A DNA stretch of 64,000 bases from a virus. Below are positions 22,372-35,100 of this stretch, piece by piece. The translations under genes were made by a program, and so were the position numbers. Location of the stretch: IMG/VR virus record IMGVR_UViG_3300032315_000748, one strand, 5' to 3'. The number at the start of each line of letters is the position of its first letter. Position 1 is the stretch's first letter. The notes below the pieces were generated by a model that was not told the origin of the DNA, searched no databases, and worked only from the letters and a program-made list of their open reading frames with translations.

Positions 22372-23127
22372 ATGGCAAAAGGTTTTACGGTAAAGGCAGC
22401 AGCACCCAAATCTTCAAATAATAATGAAGATGATTTTGATTTAGCATTAGCAAAACAAGCAATACAAGGAAAGTCAATTGTATTTTGTCTTCCTGGACGA
22501 GGAGTATCATATACTTTTTTAAAAAACTTCGTTCAATTGTGTTTTGATCTAGTTCAATCTGGAGCAAGTATTCAGATTTCACAAGATTATAGTTCAATGG
22601 TGAACTTTGCTCGTTGTAAAGTTCTTGGGGCAAATGTTCTCAGAGGACCAAAGCAAGTTCCTTGGGATGGTCGTTTGAAGTATGATTATCAGTTATGGAT
22701 TGATAGTGATATTGTATTTGATACTGAAAAGTTTTATCGTCTTGTTTCGATGGACAAGGACATTGCAGCGGGATGGTATTGTACTGAAGATGGAATGACC
22801 ACCTCAGTTGCTCATTGGTTGGATGAAGATGATTTCAGAGGTAATGGTGGAGTGATGAATCACGAAACCTTAGAAACGATGAGCAAACGTCGCAAGATGT
22901 TTACAGTTGATTACACGGGTTTTGGATGGGTACTTATTAAGAATGGAGTTTTTGAGAATCTTGAATATCCCTGGTTTGCACCGAAGATGCAAGTCTTTGA
23001 ATCTGGTGAGGTTCAGGACATGTGTGGCGAGGATGTCTCATTCTGTCTAGATGCAAAAGAAGCAGGATTTGAGATCTGGTGTGATCCGAAGATTCGTGTT
23101 GGACATGAAAAGACTAGAGTCATCTGA
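22372..23127 (+). CDS. GT-A fold glycosyltransferase-like protein (cyanomyovirus-type)
   Basis: LWIDSDIVF DxD motif, TGFGWVLIK..VFE...PWF, GEDVSFC...GF.IW.DP..RVGHEK. Confidence 0.85.
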   Translation: MAKGFTVKAAAPKSSNNNEDDFDLALAKQAIQGKSIVFCLPGRGVSYTFLKNFVQLCFDLVQSGASIQISQDYSSMVNFARCKVLGANVLRGPKQVPWDGRLKYDYQLWIDSDIVFDTEKFYRLVSMDKDIAAGWYCTEDGMTTSVAHWLDEDDFRGNGGVMNHETLETMSKRRKMFTVDYTGFGWVLIKNGVFENLEYPWFAPKMQVFESGEVQDMCGEDVSFCLDAKEAGFEIWCDPKIRVGHEKTRVI

Positions 23128-23175
23128 GGCACTTCTCTCGGGCATTTCTTGACTTTTTCAACTGAATAATGATAG

Positions 23176-23214
23176 AATGCCTCTGTAAGACTCAAAACCT
23201 CTTACAGAGGCATT
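23176..23214. terminator. strong inverted repeat
   Basis: AATGCCTCTGTAAG...CTTACAGAGGCATT; overlaps TTGACT-18-TAGAAT promoter-like signal at 23149-23178. Confidence 0.6.
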
Positions 23215-23304
23215 TTCAATGTTCTCAGAAGGTCTTAAAGATTATAAGACTTCTTAAAAAAACCGTACAAAAACCGTTTTATAAACAAATTGGGAGAAAA
23301 CTAA

Positions 23305-23439
23305 ATGGCTGTTTCAAAAAAAGAGATGAAGATTGGGAGTAATCCAAAGAATACTCGTCAAGGTGAAGGAAAAAATACAAAGTACGCGAAATCAAGTAGC
23401 AATGGTGCTCGAAAAAAGTATAGAGGTCAAGGTCGTTGA
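23305..23439 (+). CDS. small basic cyanophage protein (44 aa)
   Basis: GGAG SD; PKNTRQG.GK.TKY...KKYRGQGR motif. Confidence 0.75.
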   Translation: MAVSKKEMKIGSNPKNTRQGEGKNTKYAKSSSNGARKKYRGQGR

Positions 23440-23648
23440 TTTAATTGAATCTTTAAATCCCAGTTATTGCCCCAAAAGGTAATGGTTGGGATTTCTTTTT
23501 GGAATTTAGATATTCGAATTCAGAAAAATTTAACATTTAATAGAGATTCTATTCTATAATTTAACGAAAAGATTGAAAAATAAAATAATATAGATAAAAT
23601 ATGGGATAGAAACCCCAAAAAAAGTTCTGATTTTCAATCAGGAGAAAA

Positions 23649-23888
23649 ATGTCAAACCAAAAAACAGATAGAGATCAAGAATATATGAGAAAAATGTGGG
23701 GGACCACGAAATTGATTACAGATTATCAGGTAGATCCTGCAAAAAGAGTCATTCAAGAGTTTATGTATGATGTTGCACCCAAACATGACTTAAAAAAACA
23801 GACTGATCTTCATGAAAAAATTCGCAATGATGAGGACTATGATGATTGGTCTTACGGAACTGAACCTGCTTACGGAAAAAGTTGGTAA
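23649..23888 (+). CDS. hypothetical cyanophage protein
   Basis: AGGAG SD; 79 aa; WGT..LITDY motif. Confidence 0.75.
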   Translation: MSNQKTDRDQEYMRKMWGTTKLITDYQVDPAKRVIQEFMYDVAPKHDLKKQTDLHEKIRNDEDYDDWSYGTEPAYGKSW

Positions 23889-23924
23889 AAAGTATTATAG
23901 ATATATAAAAGTGTAAAAATTTGA

Positions 23925-24326
23925 ATGGCAGTAACAATTTCTCGCAGTTTTAAAGATATTAGTTTGTCTTTTGCGAGACATCCAGTTACAAATGATGTAA
24001 CCATTCTCAAAAATGAGGATGCAATCAAAAGATCTGTCATAAATTTGGTTAGAACTCGTATCAATGAAAGATTTTTTAATGCTTTATTGGGTTCTTCTGT
24101 AGATAATTCATTATTTGAACTCCAATCTTCTGGAATATCTTCATTTTTACAAGAAGAAATCACAACACTTCTCAAAAACTTTGAACCTAGAATTAGATTA
24201 AGAAGTGTTGTGATTGATACTCCAGAAGATTCTAATGATTTAAATATTCGTATTTCTTATGATATTGTTGGTTTACCATTTCCAACTCAAAATATAGAAT
24301 TCATCTTACAACCAACTAGAGTATAA
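23925..24326 (+). CDS. g25: baseplate wedge subunit gp25
   Basis: FKDISLSF..HPVT.D....NEDAIKRSV.NLV.T...ERFF...FEPRI. Confidence 0.92.
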   Translation: MAVTISRSFKDISLSFARHPVTNDVTILKNEDAIKRSVINLVRTRINERFFNALLGSSVDNSLFELQSSGISSFLQEEITTLLKNFEPRIRLRSVVIDTPEDSNDLNIRISYDIVGLPFPTQNIEFILQPTRV

Positions 24327-26194
24327 TGGCATTCAATCAGTTTACCAACTTAGATTTTGGCGATCTACGAACTCAGATTAAAGATTATCTGAGAACAAAT
24401 TCTAATTTTACTGATTTTGATTTTGAAGGATCCAACTTTTCGGTCCTGATTGATATTCTTGCTTATAATAGTTATATTACTGCATATAACACCAATATGC
24501 AGGCAAATGAGGCGTTCCTTGATAGTGCAACGCTCAGAGAAAATGTAATCTCACATGCACGAAATATTGGATATGTTCCCCGCTCAAAGAGAGCATCAAA
24601 AGCAAAAATTAGTTTTTCTGTAGATAGTACAGGATTTAACTCCAAAACGATTACTTTGAATGCAGGAGTAATTGCATTAGGTGCAGTTCAAGGTGGAAAT
24701 TACATATTTTCAATACCATCCAGTATTACAACTGCAGTAGATGGTTCAAATATTGCATTTTTTGATAATATTGACATTTATGAAGGGTCATATTTAACAA
24801 AAACATTTACAGTTGATTATAGTCAGTCAAATCAAAGATTTGTTATTCCTAATGCTGGTGTAGATACTACAACAATTCGTGTAAGTGTTACAAATTCTAC
24901 TACAGAAACATATACATTATATGAAAATATTTTAAATGTTGACAACACATCAAGATTATTTTTACTTCAAGAAATTGAAGATGAAAAATATGAAATTTTA
25001 TTTGGAGATAATATTTTAGGAAAAAAACCAATTCACGGAAGTGTGATTACTATTTCATATATCGTAACAAATGGAAAATCAGCAGATGGATCTGCAAACT
25101 TTACTTTTTCTGGAAATTTAAAGGATAATAATTCAGTAAGTATTACAAGTGGAATTTCACTACTGACAACTATTTCTTCATCACAAAATGGCGATGATAT
25201 TGAAACCATAGATTCGGTCAAATATCTTGCCCCAAGAGTATATGCTTCACAATATAGAGCAGTTACTGCAAATGATTATAAAGGATTGATTCCTTATATT
25301 TACTCAAATATAGATTCAGTAAGTGCATATGGGGGAGATGAATTAAATCCTCCAGAATATGGAAAAGTATTCATATCCATTAAACCAAGAAATGGAAATT
25401 ACTTATCCCAAATCACAAAAGATGATATTTTAAAGAAATTAAGACAATATTCAATTGCTGGAATCAAACCAGAAATTATAGATTTAAAATACTTATATGT
25501 TGAACTTGATACCACAATTTATTATAATACTTCATTCACTCCTGATGTGGTTTTATTAAAAAATCAAGTTATTAATACAATAAAATCATATTCTGTTTCT
25601 TCTGATGTAAATAGTTTTGGTGGAAGATTCAAATATAGTAAAATAAATGCACTAATTGATAATACAAACAAGGCAATTACTTCAAATATAACAAAAGTGA
25701 AAATGAGAAGAGATTTACAGGCGCAAATAAACAAATTTGCTACTTATGAGTTATGTTTTGGGAATAAATTCCACCAAAAATCAGGAAATTATAATATAAA
25801 ATCTTCCGGGTTCAATATTCAAGGAATATCTGATGTATTATACTTGACAGATTCTCCTATAGATAGTTCAAAAGGAAAAATTTTATTCTTCAAACTCGTA
25901 AATAATATTCCTGTTATTGTTAGTAGTAATGCGGGTACAGTTAATTACACAGATGGAGAAATTTTATTAAATATAGTAAATATTACATCAACTTTTCTAC
26001 CAAATAATACTATTCAAATTCAGGCAATGCCAGAATCAAATGATGTAATTGCATTAAAAGAGTTATATTTACAAATAGACACTTCAAATACCATAGTAAA
26101 TACTATAGAAGATATTATTACCTCTGGTGAAAATACGTCTGCTACTTCATACATAACTACTTCAAGTCACATCAACGGAAATTATACAAGATAA
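24326..26194 (+). CDS. g6: baseplate wedge subunit gp6
   Basis: LDF...K..L....FTDFDFEGS, FLDSA.LRENV.S.AR.IGY.P.S, Q.RAVTA.DY, YGKVFISIKP. Confidence 0.95.
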   Translation: MAFNQFTNLDFGDLRTQIKDYLRTNSNFTDFDFEGSNFSVLIDILAYNSYITAYNTNMQANEAFLDSATLRENVISHARNIGYVPRSKRASKAKISFSVDSTGFNSKTITLNAGVIALGAVQGGNYIFSIPSSITTAVDGSNIAFFDNIDIYEGSYLTKTFTVDYSQSNQRFVIPNAGVDTTTIRVSVTNSTTETYTLYENILNVDNTSRLFLLQEIEDEKYEILFGDNILGKKPIHGSVITISYIVTNGKSADGSANFTFSGNLKDNNSVSITSGISLLTTISSSQNGDDIETIDSVKYLAPRVYASQYRAVTANDYKGLIPYIYSNIDSVSAYGGDELNPPEYGKVFISIKPRNGNYLSQITKDDILKKLRQYSIAGIKPEIIDLKYLYVELDTTIYYNTSFTPDVVLLKNQVINTIKSYSVSSDVNSFGGRFKYSKINALIDNTNKAITSNITKVKMRRDLQAQINKFATYELCFGNKFHQKSGNYNIKSSGFNIQGISDVLYLTDSPIDSSKGKILFFKLVNNIPVIVSSNAGTVNYTDGEILLNIVNITSTFLPNNTIQIQAMPESNDVIALKELYLQIDTSNTIVNTIEDIITSGENTSATSYITTSSHINGNYTR

Positions 26195-26195
26195 A

Positions 26196-29100
26196 ATGTC
26201 AGAAATTAAAAGAATAAAAATCAATCACATTCTTGATTCACAAATTCCTGAGTTTTTGAATGAAGAATCTCCACTTTTTCAGGAATTTTTAACTCAGTAT
26301 TATATTTCCCAGGAGCACCAAACTGGTGTTGTGGATTTGGCTACAAATATACAAAAATATAAGAGTATACAAAATTTCAATCAAGAAACACTTATTGATA
26401 TTCAACTTCCATCTGTTTTACTTTCCAACATTTTATCATTTGATGATGTAATTTCCGTATCACATACAATTGGTTATCCAGATAGTTATGGTCTTATTAA
26501 AATTGATGATGAAATTATTACATATACTTCAAAAACTTCCAATTCATTTTTAGGATGCATTCGTGGTTTTAGTGGTATTGATAGTTTAGAAAAAGACAAT
26601 AATTCAGAATTTTTAAATTTCTCAGTAACTGAAGCATCCGATCACATCCAAGGATCTACTTTAAATAATTTAAGTTATATTTTCTTTTTTGAATTTTTCA
26701 AAAAATTTAAATATCAATTTTTGCCTGGGTTTGAAGAAAGAAATTTCACAACTGGAATCTCTTTAACTAATATTTTATCAAGAGCAAAAGACTTTTATAA
26801 AGCAAAAGGAACAGATCAATCATTTAAACTTCTTTTTTCTGCTCTATATGGGAAAAAAGTAGATGTATTAAAGCCTCAAAATTATATGTTGAGGCCATCT
26901 GACAATAATTATCTTACAACTAAAAATATTTTAGTTGAAAAAGTTTCTGGTGGAGATCCAATTCTTCTTAAGGGATCCACATTAAATCAATATGTAAGTG
27001 GAATTGGTACAGTTTCCGCATCAATTTATAACGTAGAATATAGACCAATAGAAAATAAGGATCTATATGAAATATCTTTAGATTCTACATCATTTACTGG
27101 TAATTTTGAAACTACAGGAACAACAAAAATAATAGAACCAACTCAATCATCTGCATCTTCAATCACTGTTGATTCTACTATTGGATTTGCACATTCTGGT
27201 GCTTTGATCGCAAGGACAACAGATCTCACAACATTGAATCTAAGATACACAGATAAAACCAACAATCAATTATTGAATATTAGTGGACTATCAACAGATT
27301 TAAATTTTGGAAATTTAATATATGAAGATAAATTAGCTTATTCATATATTGATACCGAATCATCATCTTTAGTTGAATTTAGAGTTATTAATGTTATTGA
27401 TAATATTGATTTTGAAAATTCATCAGGACTGAAAAAGGGGGATAAAATTTCTCTTAGTTCTTTTGGTGCTAATTTATTTGATAATGTCAATTTTAATAAA
27501 TGGATTTACAATATTCCAACTTATCACAACATAGTTGGCATTTCAACTGTAAGTTCAAATACTTATCGTGTAGTATTGGAAGATAATATTAAATTTTACA
27601 AAAATGATAAAATTTACATTACAGATAGTACAGATATATCAGCTACTGTAACAGAAATTGAATCCGATAATCAAATTATTGTAGATTCAGATATTTCTGT
27701 AAATACTTCAAATGTAATTAGAATTAAAAAACAAGTTTCAAAAGCAAACTCTGATTATTTTGGTTCTGCATCATCCATAAATGGATTAATTCAAAATACT
27801 TATATTGATAAGGACGAAAAATATTCTTATGTTGCCTCTTCTGGATTTCCAAACTATAAATTTACCTCCACAGATACAAAAATTATAGTTTCTACAGTAG
27901 GAACTGGACAAACATCAATTCTATATGCGTCAAATCACAATTTATTAACCGGAGATAAAATTTATTATAATTCATCTTCTTCTGGAATTACAACCGGATA
28001 TTATTTTGTAAAAAAAATAGATGAAAATTCTATATCATTATCATATAGCAACACCGATTTATTTGTAAATAAATACATTTCTTTAAATTCTGGAATAACT
28101 TCTGATTATATTTACAAATTTGGATATGAAAATAAAACCATTAAGGATCAAAAATTCTTAAGAAAATTTAATCTTCAAGAAAATATTAATTATTTTGACA
28201 AAAAGGAAGATAGAACTACATTTAATAGAAGAATTGGATTACTGATTAATGGAGTGGATTTATACTCTCCAACATTATTTGATGAAAACATTTATTATGG
28301 AAAATTAGATTCTATTTTAATTACAAATAAAGGATCAAATTATGACGTAATAAATTCACCAGAAATCGTCATTACAGATACAAGTGGAAATGGCGCTAAA
28401 GCAAAATTAATTCTTTCTGGATCATTAAAAGAAGTAAAAATAAATTCTCCCGGTATTGGGTATGACAGAAAACCAAAAATTACTTTAATTGGCGGTAATG
28501 GAAATGGAGCAATACTGGAATCAAATTTAGTCAGATCAAGAATTATTGCAAAATTTAGAGCAGATTTGACGGCTATTAATACGGCTCTTGAAACTATAAC
28601 TTTTATTGATAATCATAACTTTGATAATTATGAGGAAGTAACTTATTATACAAATGGAAATTCTATTGTTCCTGGTTTGATTGATAATGCAAATTATTTC
28701 GTAAATGTAATAAATTCAAAAACAATTAAACTTCATAAAAATAGAGTTGATGTTTTATCAGGTATTAATACTGTAAATATTACCGGAATTAGTTCTGGTT
28801 TTCACGAATTTAGAACACTAAAGAGTAAAAATACAATTACAAAAGTATATGTCAAAAATGAAGGATCCAATTACTCTAATAGGTTTGTAAATATACCATC
28901 AAATTTATATCCGTCATTGGATTATCAAACTTCTGGAATTAGTACTTTTGATAATTATATTTACGCTAAACAGCACGGTTTTAAAGATGGAGATTTAGTT
29001 TTATATTCAAATACAAATACTTCAATTTCTGGTCTTTCAACTAATATTCAATATTGCGTTACGACTATTGACGAAAATAAATTTAAACTGTCTGATGTTG

Positions 29101-32100
29101 GAATTGGAACAACATCATCAAATTCCAATTATATTAACAAAAAATACATCAATTTAGAATCATTGGGAATTGGAACTCATACTTTTGCATATCCTCCAAT
29201 TCAAATTCAAATTGAAACGACATCTGCTATAGGATCTAGTTCTATTGTTACACCTATTTTGACTCCAGTAGTTCTTGGATCTGCTGAAAATGTTTATATT
29301 GAAGATGGTGGAGTTTCTTATGGATGCTCTGATATTCTTAATTATCATAGAAGACCTTATGTTGGACTATCTTCAATTTCTTCTGCGTTATTAAAACCAG
29401 TAATAATAAATGGTGCTATTACTGATGTTCAAATCATCTATGGTGGTTTTGGGTATGACAATGGAACTAAAATAGAAATTTATGGTGATGGTAAATATGC
29501 AGATCTAAAACCAATCATTACAAATGGAAGTATAACCTCATTTATTGTTGTTGATAGTGGAGTTGGATATTCATCTTCAAATACTACTTTAAATGCAATA
29601 AGAAGAGGAAAAGATTTACAATTTATTGCAAATGTTTTTGAATGGAAAATTAATCAAATTGAAAGAAATAAAAATTTAATTTCATATTATTCAGGAGACG
29701 ATGAAACTATAACTTATCCTAACATAGATCAAAATCTTGAATTGGGAGTAATTAATTTTTATCTACCGAGACAATTAAGAAAAAATATCAATGATAATAT
29801 TCAAGACAATAATCAGGAAATATTAAACGATTTTAAACATTCGCCAATTATTGGATGGGCATATGACGGAAATCCAATATATGGACCCTATGGTTATACA
29901 AGTCTTACAGATAAAACTGTAAAGATTATTTCCACAAGTTATAATAAAAAATCAATATCTTCATCTTTACTTAGACCATCTTCTTTTGTGAATGGATTTT
30001 TTGTGCAAGATTATCAATATGATGCATCTGAAGATTTGGATGAATATAATGGAAGATTTTGCATAACACCAGAATATCCATATGGAACATATGCTTATTT
30101 TGCAACATATGATTTAATTAGTGGGCAATTGCATCCAAAATATCCATATATTGTTTCTAGTTATTTTAAAGACACTCCCATTTTTGAAAATTTTGATCCA
30201 AGTTTCACTCAAGATGTAAGTATTTCAAAATATAATTTGACAAGAAATATTGGAAATTATTTTCTAGATTCAACAAATTCTGGATATGAAATTTTAGAAA
30301 AAACTTCCTCATCTTTAAAGCAAGAATTCTATGTAAATCAAATTAAAAAATCTGGAATATCTTCAATTTTTATAGATTCTTCTGGTGATGGATATAATGT
30401 GGGCGATCTGATTAATTTTAATAAAGCACAAGAAGGAACAGGAATTAGTGCTGAAATTAGTAGATTAAAAGGAAAACCAATATCAAATATGGTAGTTGGT
30501 GTGACTACATTTTCTGATGTTATTTTTGGTTCAAGAGGGAATATTATTATTGGTATTACTTCTTATCCTCATTCATTATTGAATGGTGATAAAGTTGTCA
30601 TTTCTGGCGTATCAACAGTTTCTTTATCACAATTAGAAGGCACAAAAACTATATTTGTAACTCAAAAAACAACTGGATTAACAACTAGTCTTCAAAATTC
30701 TTCCACTACTGGTCTTTCTACTAATATAAAAGTAACTGATACGTTTGGATTTGAAATTAACGATTCCATTGGAATTGGAACCGAAACAATGACTATCACC
30801 GGAATAGTTCCAGAAACTTCACAACTATTAGTGAATAGGTCTGCTTCTGGTGGAATTCATACCGCAGGAATTGAAAATGTTATATTACTATCAAATAAAT
30901 TTCAGTTTGCAGAAACAGACCCAATTCCAACAGCACTTCCTGAAAATAAAATGATTTATTTTGATCCAACCAATACTATTGGATTTGGATTATCGGGAAC
31001 TAATTATGCTGTTGTTGGTATCGGCACTAGTACTATAGTTAATAGATTTGTTCCAACAAAATCAATCTATATTCCAAATCATAAGTTTTATACTGGACAA
31101 CAATTAATTTATAATTATTCTGCTGGTATCGGATTGAGCGTTTATGATTCTCCATCCAATGTATTCAGTTTAGTACAAAATCAAACAATCTATGCTGTAA
31201 ATTATGGAAATGATTATCTTGGAATTTCAACAATTGGATTTACATCTTCGGTTGGAATTGGAACAACTTTAAATTCATTACTATTTGCATATAATTCAGC
31301 TGTCGGATATTCGCATTCAATAAGATCTACATATCAAACTGTAACTGCAAGGGTTGAAAGTTATTCGGGAATTGTAACAACTTCGCAAAATCATAATCTT
31401 CTTGATGGGGATAAAATTAAATTTACAATTATACCTTCAAGATCAGAAAATATATCATTCAGATTTGATGCAAAGAATAAAAAAATTACAACAAATTTAA
31501 TAGGTTTTTCCGCAAGTTCGGTATCTTTTGGAAACACTTCTACGATTAATTTGGGAACAAATAATCTCAAAAGTGGTGATAAAGTCATTTATTATTCTGG
31601 AACTTCGCCTATTGGTGGATTGGTGGATAATTCCGCATACTATGTTCTAAAACAAAATCCTAACAAAATACAACTTTGTCAGTATGCATATGATGTAAAA
31701 GTTGGTGCTGCATTGTCGTTCGTCAATTCTGGAGTTGGTACTCATAACATTGCACTTATAAATCCACCATTATCTTTCTCAAAAGGAAATCAAATAATAT
31801 TTGATATCTCCGATTCATCATTAACAGATACCAAATTAGAATTTTATACAGATCCTACATTTAAAAAGAAATTTGAAATTGACAAAAAAGAAATTAATAA
31901 TTTTGCAATTACAAGATCAAATAGTTCGGTAATTATAGAAACTAATAATAGAAATATTCCTCCAGTATTATATTATAATTTTACTGCAACAACATTGACT
32001 AATGCGGATAAACTTCAATTATCTTCAGATGATGAAGTTATTGGACACAATAAAATTGATATTCGTTCTAGTATTCTTTCTTCCGAGCAATCCATTATTG

Positions 32101-35100
32101 GTATTGGCGTATCTTCATTTAAATTTAATTTAGATCAAAAACCAGAATACACAGCATATACACAAGTATTAGGAATTTCTTCTGTATTTTATGATACTAA
32201 TTCTAAAAATACATCTGGCCCAATATCACAAATAAGAATAAATTCATATGGAAAATCATATGAAATTCTTCCATCAATAAGTTCTATCGGCAGTACCTCT
32301 GGAAGTAGTGCTATTCTATATCCTATATCAAAAGAAATAGGAAAAGTATTATCATTTGATAGGGTAAAAGATGGATTTGATTATCCAACAGACCCAACAA
32401 TGTTGCCGCAACTGAGTGTTCCTGCCGTTTGTATTATCAAAGAAATTTCTAGAGTAAATTCTGTTGGAATTTTGACAGGTGGGAAAAAATACAACACTCC
32501 ACCAAGGTTAAAAGTAATTGGAAATGATGAATTAAAATTAACTGCAGGCATTCAAGGTGGATCTGTAAATACGGTTTCTATAGATACAAATTCATTTAAT
32601 TTAAAGGATCCACTCAGAATTGTACCTTACAACAATTCAAATGGATATGAGATTGATAATATATACACAAATAATTTAACTGGTCTTGGCACAATTGAAT
32701 TAGTTAATGATCCAACACAATTTCCATATATTTCAACTGGTTATGGGTCATCTATTTCTATCTTCCCATTTGAAGTAGGAGATCAAATATTCATAGAAAA
32801 ATGCAGATTATCTGTCGGAACTGCAAGTTCCGCAAACTATAATTCAAGAAATTATGGTTATAATTTCTTTATAGTAACTGGAATCAATACTACAAATAAA
32901 ACTTTAGATTATAGTATGGTTGGTTTGCAGACTGGAAAGTTTGGTACTTATAATCAAGATTTGACGCTTGGGTATGTTGTAAACAGAAAGGATATGCCAG
33001 AATTTGAAATGAAATTGATTGATGATGCTGAATATTTTTCTGGAGAAAAAGTTTCATCCACTAATTTTTCAGCTAAAGTAATGGAAAATGGTTGGGACAA
33101 TGACATCAATCAATTGAGAATGATTGATGCCAAAGGAACATTAAATCCTGGCGACAATCTTTATGGCGAAATTTCAAAATTAAATGGAGTGGTAAAATTT
33201 GTAAGTCAATTTAATCTTCCTGCTTCCCTTGGAGTCACAAGAGACAAGATTCATAATCTCAATGATAATATTGGATATTTGAATGATTTTCAACAAAGAA
33301 TTTCTGATAATAATTATTATCAGAAATTTTCATACTCAATTAAAGGAGAAGTTCCATATTCAACTTGGAAAGAATCCGTCAAATCCATCATTCACCCTTC
33401 TGGTTTTAAAGAGTTTTCAGATTTAGATATAATTGGAGTAGCTACTACCGAACCAGTAAATCTTGGTATTGCAAAATCTACCAATATGAAAGTAAATATT
33501 TCATCATCAGAACCATCATTACTTGTAGAAATTGACAATTTAAGTTCTCTTTATACAAAAAATAATTTTTCAATGGTATATGAAGATGATATGTTAGATG
33601 ATGGTTCTGTGGAAAGAGTATATTTCCCACAAGGAATTGCACTAAAATCATACATTTTAAATAAAACTAATAAAGTATTGCAGATTGATGATATTAGTTC
33701 TCAATTTACTGGAATTACAAGTACAATTGGAGGTTCTGTTGTAGGTCTTTCTTCATTCAAACTTACATCTTCTGGTTATCCACTATTTTATAAAGAATTT
33801 GTTGGTTCTGCATCTACAGTAATTGATTTAATAAATGACAAATTTACGATCCCAAATCACGGATTTCAATCTGGACAACAAATTACATATAACTCTGGAG
33901 TTGGATCTACGATTGGAATTGCTACGACATCATATGCTCAAGGGCCATTAGATGTAATAATGGCAGTTGGTGCAGGAATTGGAAGTGCAATATATGAAAA
34001 TGGATACAATCAATATGTTCCATATAGTGGAATTGTTACTGGAATTAGTACAACATTAGTTCCTGCTGGACCATCTATTCAATATTTTGGTTTTGGAACT
34101 CCAATCCCATCAACAGTAAATACTGGAATTGGGACTGGTGCTTTATTCCAGGTATTAATAAATTATAATGCTGGAACTGGAATTCCAATCGGAACATCAA
34201 TTCAATTAATTGATGGCGGAAGAGGATATTCTGTTGGGCAGCAAATTTCTATTGCAGGTACATACATTGGAGGATCTACTCCTACTAATAACTTATATTT
34301 TACAATTTCCAAAGTTTCTTCAACTAGAACTGGAATTGCAAATGCTTCTTATGTAAGTGTCGCATCATCTTCTTCTGGAACTGGAACTGGAGCAAGATTT
34401 GATGTCTATAGAGATTCAAATAAAGATATCAGTTTGGTAAATGTAATTGAAGGTGGTGTTGGATATGCTTCTACAGATCAAATTATTATTGCGGGAGGAG
34501 ATATTGGTGGATCTGCACCGGCAGATAATCTTTACTTATCACCAATAATATTAGGAACAAAAAAATTACCAACAAATCTTTTTGTTCGTAAAATAGATGT
34601 AAATAATTTCCAACTTTCTGGTTTATCTACGACAATTTCATCTCCATTTGATTTAATTTCACTTGGATCTGGAACACAATCATTCAGTCTACAAGAATCA
34701 AATCAAAATGTAATTATTTCTGTAGATAGTATCATTCAAAGTGCAATTCATAGAAAAAATATTACAATAGGACTTTCTTCATCTGTTGGAATTGCTTCAA
34801 CATCCATATATGTTTCTTCTGGAATAAACTCAATAACAGCAAGTGATATATTGAAAATTGATAATGAATATTTGAAAATTAATTCTATCGGAATTGGATC
34901 TACAAATAGTATTAATGTTACTCGTTCATTTATGGGTTCGGTTGCAATTGCACATACTATAGGTGCAGCAGTTACAGTATATACTGGTGATTTCAATATC
35001 GTAAAAGATTCAATTTATTTTTCTACTCCACCATATGGACCAGCAATAGCATCAACTGATCCACAATTTGCAACTTTTTCATCATTTAATGGAAGAGTAT

